From the NCBI GenBank assembly GCA_964187785.1, contig OZ076421.1:36084001-36148000 (forward strand): a DNA stretch of 64,000 nt, read 5' to 3'. Every line of letters starts with the position of its first letter. Within the stretch, counting starts at the first letter, position 1. Of this stretch, positions 60,361-64,000 are shown one piece after another. The notes below the pieces were generated by a model. The model was not told where the DNA came from and made no database searches. It saw only the letters and a list, made by a program, of their open reading frames with translations. Origin of the DNA: Amphiscolops sp. MND2022. Its lineage: Eukaryota. Both the position numbers and the translations under genes were made by a program.

Positions 60361-62079
60361 GTTTTTTGAATCAGGTTTATTTGAATTCGATTGGCTTGAT
60401 GCGGATGTTGTAGATTTTTCAATTTTAGTGAGGTTGCCCTCGTCTTCGGATGCCTCTCTATTTTTAGAGTCCTGCCTATTCCTTTCGGGACGAAGGTTAG
60501 CTTCGGCGCCGCGCCAACATTTCTCCGCTGGGTGATTAACTTGGCTGCAGGTGGGATATTCTGGATAAGTTGGACGTTGGGGCTTTTTACCACTTTTAGC
60601 GTCCATTTCCTTTTTCTTTTTGAGCTTTGGGCAGTTGTTCCAGAAGTGGTCTTCAGCCTTGCAGTATGAGCATTGGTTGTCTTTGTTGGTGGTAATGCCG
60701 TTAGACAGGAGGTTCCGCGCCTTCCCCAACGATGAAGCCATTGTGGTAATGGGTAAATCATCAGCTTCCTCTAAGGAGTTTAATTCAAGTTCTCTTTCGA
60801 GTTGTCCCACACTTTCCTCATATGTCCCGTTTTCTCACCTGGCCATGTTGACCGATCGTTTGAGTTTGGGTGGTAATATGGCAGATAGCAAGCTGTCTAT
60901 CATGCTTTTAGCATTCTCTCCAAAGGCTTTCTCGGCGCCCTGCTTGAGTTCCTCCAGAAAGTCGGTTAGTTTCATTGTATTGGGATCAATTATTAGACGA
61001 TGACATTTATGTTTTGCTGTGGCTTGTGACTTTGTGACTCGGGTTTGACGTATTTTCTACGGAACATGACCAATACGTCCTCCACTGTTTGACGGTTTTT
61101 AGAGTTAATATTTCGAAAAGTTTGTAGGGCTCCTTTTCTGAGCAGTGAATGAAAATGGTTTAATTTCATTTGTTCAGTTATGGCGGGCTGCATCTTTATC
61201 ATTGTATGAAACAATGTATCAAACAATTCAAATTTTTCTGTTTTGCCGTCAAAGGTCATGGAGTTTGTCATGACTGGTCTGATTGTCATCGACTGCGCTT
61301 TATTTTGGAGGTTTACAAGGACGTCTGCAAGACGATTGATAACACCTTGTGGTTGTTCAGCTACAACTGCTTCTGCCACTGGTAGAGTGGTAACCATGGT
61401 TATATCGTGTGCGGATTCTTGCCTCTGAGGGTCTGGCTGAAAGTGAATTCCTCCTGTGAGGAATTCAGGGATCGGACGTTGGGGCTCGTTGGCTCCTGCC
61501 ACCGTGTAAGGAGTAAAATCCGTATGTTTCCTTAGATCACAAGCGGACCTAGAGTCCTTCTTTGTAAATTTCGTATTTGCATTTTTCCACACATTTCCAA
61601 CCCCGCTCTCATTCGAGGACGTACACGGCTCAACGCTCTGTTGGATCAAAGGCAAACTTTCCACCATGTTTTGTTTTTGTATTTCAGGACTTATTCCCTC
61701 GCTAATAGCACAACTAAAGACCCTACTAATCTGAGTTTGCATGAAGTCCATCATTGTCTGCCTTTCCCGAGACATTCTAGCATTCATCTCGCCCGAAAGC
61801 GTATTAATCGATTCTATTAGTCTCTCTTCTCTAACGGGCTCATTTTTTACTGATATCTCTGATTTCATTTTCTTGGGAAGAATTTTCTCTAATCGTGAAA
61901 TCGTGAAATGGCTGAAAGTCTCGCTGTCCATCTGGGCCATTGATGAGACTATCCAACTCTCTTTCTATAGAGTTGGAATTTCCATCTCCTAACATCACCT
62001 CCATGTTGCCGTAATCGGACAACATATATAGTTCTCTCGACTTCCTGGCCTTAGCCTTTTGTGTTCTTGTGGAAAGCAT
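60361..62079 (-). pseudogene. gag: element C gag, starting inside the 5' LTR, with slippery A AAA AAC at 60367-60361
   Basis: FDTLFHTMIKMQPAITEQMKLNHFH; CSYCKAEDHFWNNC; ATG at 62079 inside the LTR. Confidence 0.88.
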
Positions 62080-64000
62080 AAAATATTTCTACAGGATGAT
62101 AGGGTATAGTAGGAGAGCTTTACAAAGAAACTTGTATAAAGCAAGGTAAATGAATAACAGTAGTTCAACTAAATTTGCGTCTTACAATAACCCGGTCCGG
62201 GTTTATATACCCAAGTGGGCATGACACGCAATTTTATAACGGTCATGTCACCAAAAAGAGTTATAGACTATAAATTGCAACATTACCTCATTCTAAATAT
62301 AGGATATACAGTCAGAGATGTTTGCGGGGGGACGAGATCAAAGGCACGTCAAGGCCCTAAAGGGGGTAGAGGGGGTGACGCATGTCTTTATATGGTCTAG
62401 CAACGCATTCATATATATCAACATTTTCTCACCTGGCCATGTTGACCGATCGTTTGAGTTTGGGTGGTAATATGGCAGATAGCAAGCTGTCTATCATGCT
62501 TTTAGCATTCTCTCCAAAGGCTTTCTCGGCGCCCTGGTTGAGTTCCTCCAGAAAGTCGGTTAGTTTCATTGTATTGGGATCAAATATTAGACGATGACAT
62601 TTATGTTTTGCTGTGGCTTGTGACTTTGTGACTCGGGTTTGACGTATTTTCTACGGAACATGACCAATACGTCCTCCACTGTTTGACGGTTTTTAGAGTT
62701 AATATTTCGAAAAGTTTGTAGGGCTCCTTTTCTGAGCAGTGAATGAAAATGGTTTAATTTCATTTGTTCAGTTATGGCGGGCTGCATCTTTATCATTGTA
62801 TGAAACAATGTATCAAACAATTCAAATTTTTCTGTTTTGCCGTCAAAGGTCATGGAGTTTGTCATGACTGGTCTGATTGTCATCGACTGCGCTTTATTTT
62901 GGAGGTTTACAAGGACGTCTGCAAGACGATTGATAACACCTTGTGGTTGTTCAGCTACAACTGCTTCTGCCACTGGTAGAGTGGTAACCATGGTTATATC
63001 GTGTGCGGATTCTTGCCTCTGAGGGTCTGGCTGAAAGTGAATTCCTCCTGTGAGGAATTCAGGGATCGGACGTTGGGGCTCGTTGGCTCCTGCCACCGTG
63101 TAAGGAGTAAAATCCGTATGTTTCCTTAGATCACAAGCGGACCTAGAGTCCTTCTTTGTAAATTTCGTATTTGCATTTTTCCACACATTTCCAACCCCGC
63201 TCTCATTCGAGGACGTACACGGCTCAACGCTCTGTTGGATCAAAGGCAAACTTTCCACCATGTTTTGTTTTTGTATTTCAGGACTTATTCCCTCGCTAAT
63301 AGCACAACTAAAGACCCTACTAATCTGAGTTTGCATGAAGTCCATCATTGTCTGCCTTTCCCGAGACATTCTAGCATTCATCTCGCCCGAAAGCGTATTA
63401 ATCGATTCTATTAGTCTCTCTTCTCTAACGGGCTCATTTTTTACTGATATCTCTGATTTCATTTTCTTGGGAAGAATTTTCTCTAATCGTGAAATCGTGA
63501 AATGGCTGAAAGTCTCGCTGTCCATCTGGGCCATTGATGAGACTATCCAACTCTCTTTCTATAGAGTTGGAATTTCTATCTCCTAACATCACCTCCATGT
63601 TGCCGTAATCGGACAACATATATAGTTCTCTCGACTTCCTGGCCTTAGCCTTTTGTGTTCTTGTGGAAAGCATAAAATATTTCTACAGGATGATAGGGTA
63701 TAGTAGGAGAGCTTTACAAAGAAACTTGTATAAAGCAAGGTAACTGAATAACAGTAGTTCAACTAAATTTGCGTCTTACAATAACCCGGTCCGGGTTTAT
63801 ATACCCAAGTGGGCATGACACGCAATTTTATAACGGTCATGTCACCAAAAAGAGTTATAGACTATAAATTGCAACATTACCTCATTCTAAATATAGGATA
63901 TACAGTCAGAGATGTTTGCGGGGGGACGAGATCAAAGGCACGTCAAGGCCCTAAAGGGGGTAGAGGGGGTGACGCATGTCTTTATATGGTCTAGCAACGC
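60830..64000. repeat. 1594-bp tandem duplication (whole 5' LTR plus 675 bp of gag); second copy from 62424 runs off the window
   Basis: Identical ORFs at offset 1594; junction atatcaaca|ttttctcacc falls exactly at the LTR terminus. Confidence 0.96.
61505..62423 (-). repeat. element C 5' LTR (919 bp)
   Basis: TG...CA; TATATAAA at 62209-62202; followed by PBS-like CGGTGGCAGGAG (Leu-like, first base changed). Confidence 0.85.

Larger units (their letters stand above)
47510..62423 (-). mobile_element. element C: large Ty3/Gypsy LTR retrotransposon (decayed) with the same 3' accessory module
   Basis: LTRs 61505-62423 and 47510-48435 (TGTTGA...TTACA on minus); gag, pol, antisense BED gene and SIM-like ORF in the same order as B; TSD not testable in this window. 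Confidence 0.85.

Overview
AT-rich eukaryotic genomic DNA (short GT-AG introns, no operons, rRNA or CRISPR), mostly transposable elements. Main contents: (A) an 8.7-kb minus-strand LTR element (6512-15226) with PBS and PPT but no recognisable gag/pol, carrying an orphan coiled-coil ORF with an AT-hook-like overlapping frame; (B) a 20.9-kb plus-strand Ty3/Gypsy element (24802-45700, ATAAT target-site duplication) with decayed gag-pol and an internal 2.15-kb triplication; (C) a 14.9-kb minus-strand Ty3/Gypsy element (47510-62423) followed by a 1594-bp tandem duplication that runs off the window. There are also a probable solo LTR, MITE-like repeats, satellites, palindromes and a few possible host exons. 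The most notable observation is that B and C, whose LTRs and Gag N-termini do not align by eye, carry the same two-gene module between pol and the 3' LTR. One gene is antisense and spliced, with four introns at matching positions, and encodes a BED-type zinc finger plus a body resembling a hAT transposase that lacks the catalytic ERxFS motif. The other is divergently transcribed and encodes an acidic protein with tandem SUMO-interacting-motif-like segments. In B, a short AACAGCAT motif is clustered in the LTRs, an intron and the region between the two genes. I infer a retrotransposon-borne DNA-binding plus SUMO-binding (possibly anti-silencing) system. All protein family assignments are by-eye motif matches and need HMM or structure searches; both copies here carry stops and frameshifts.
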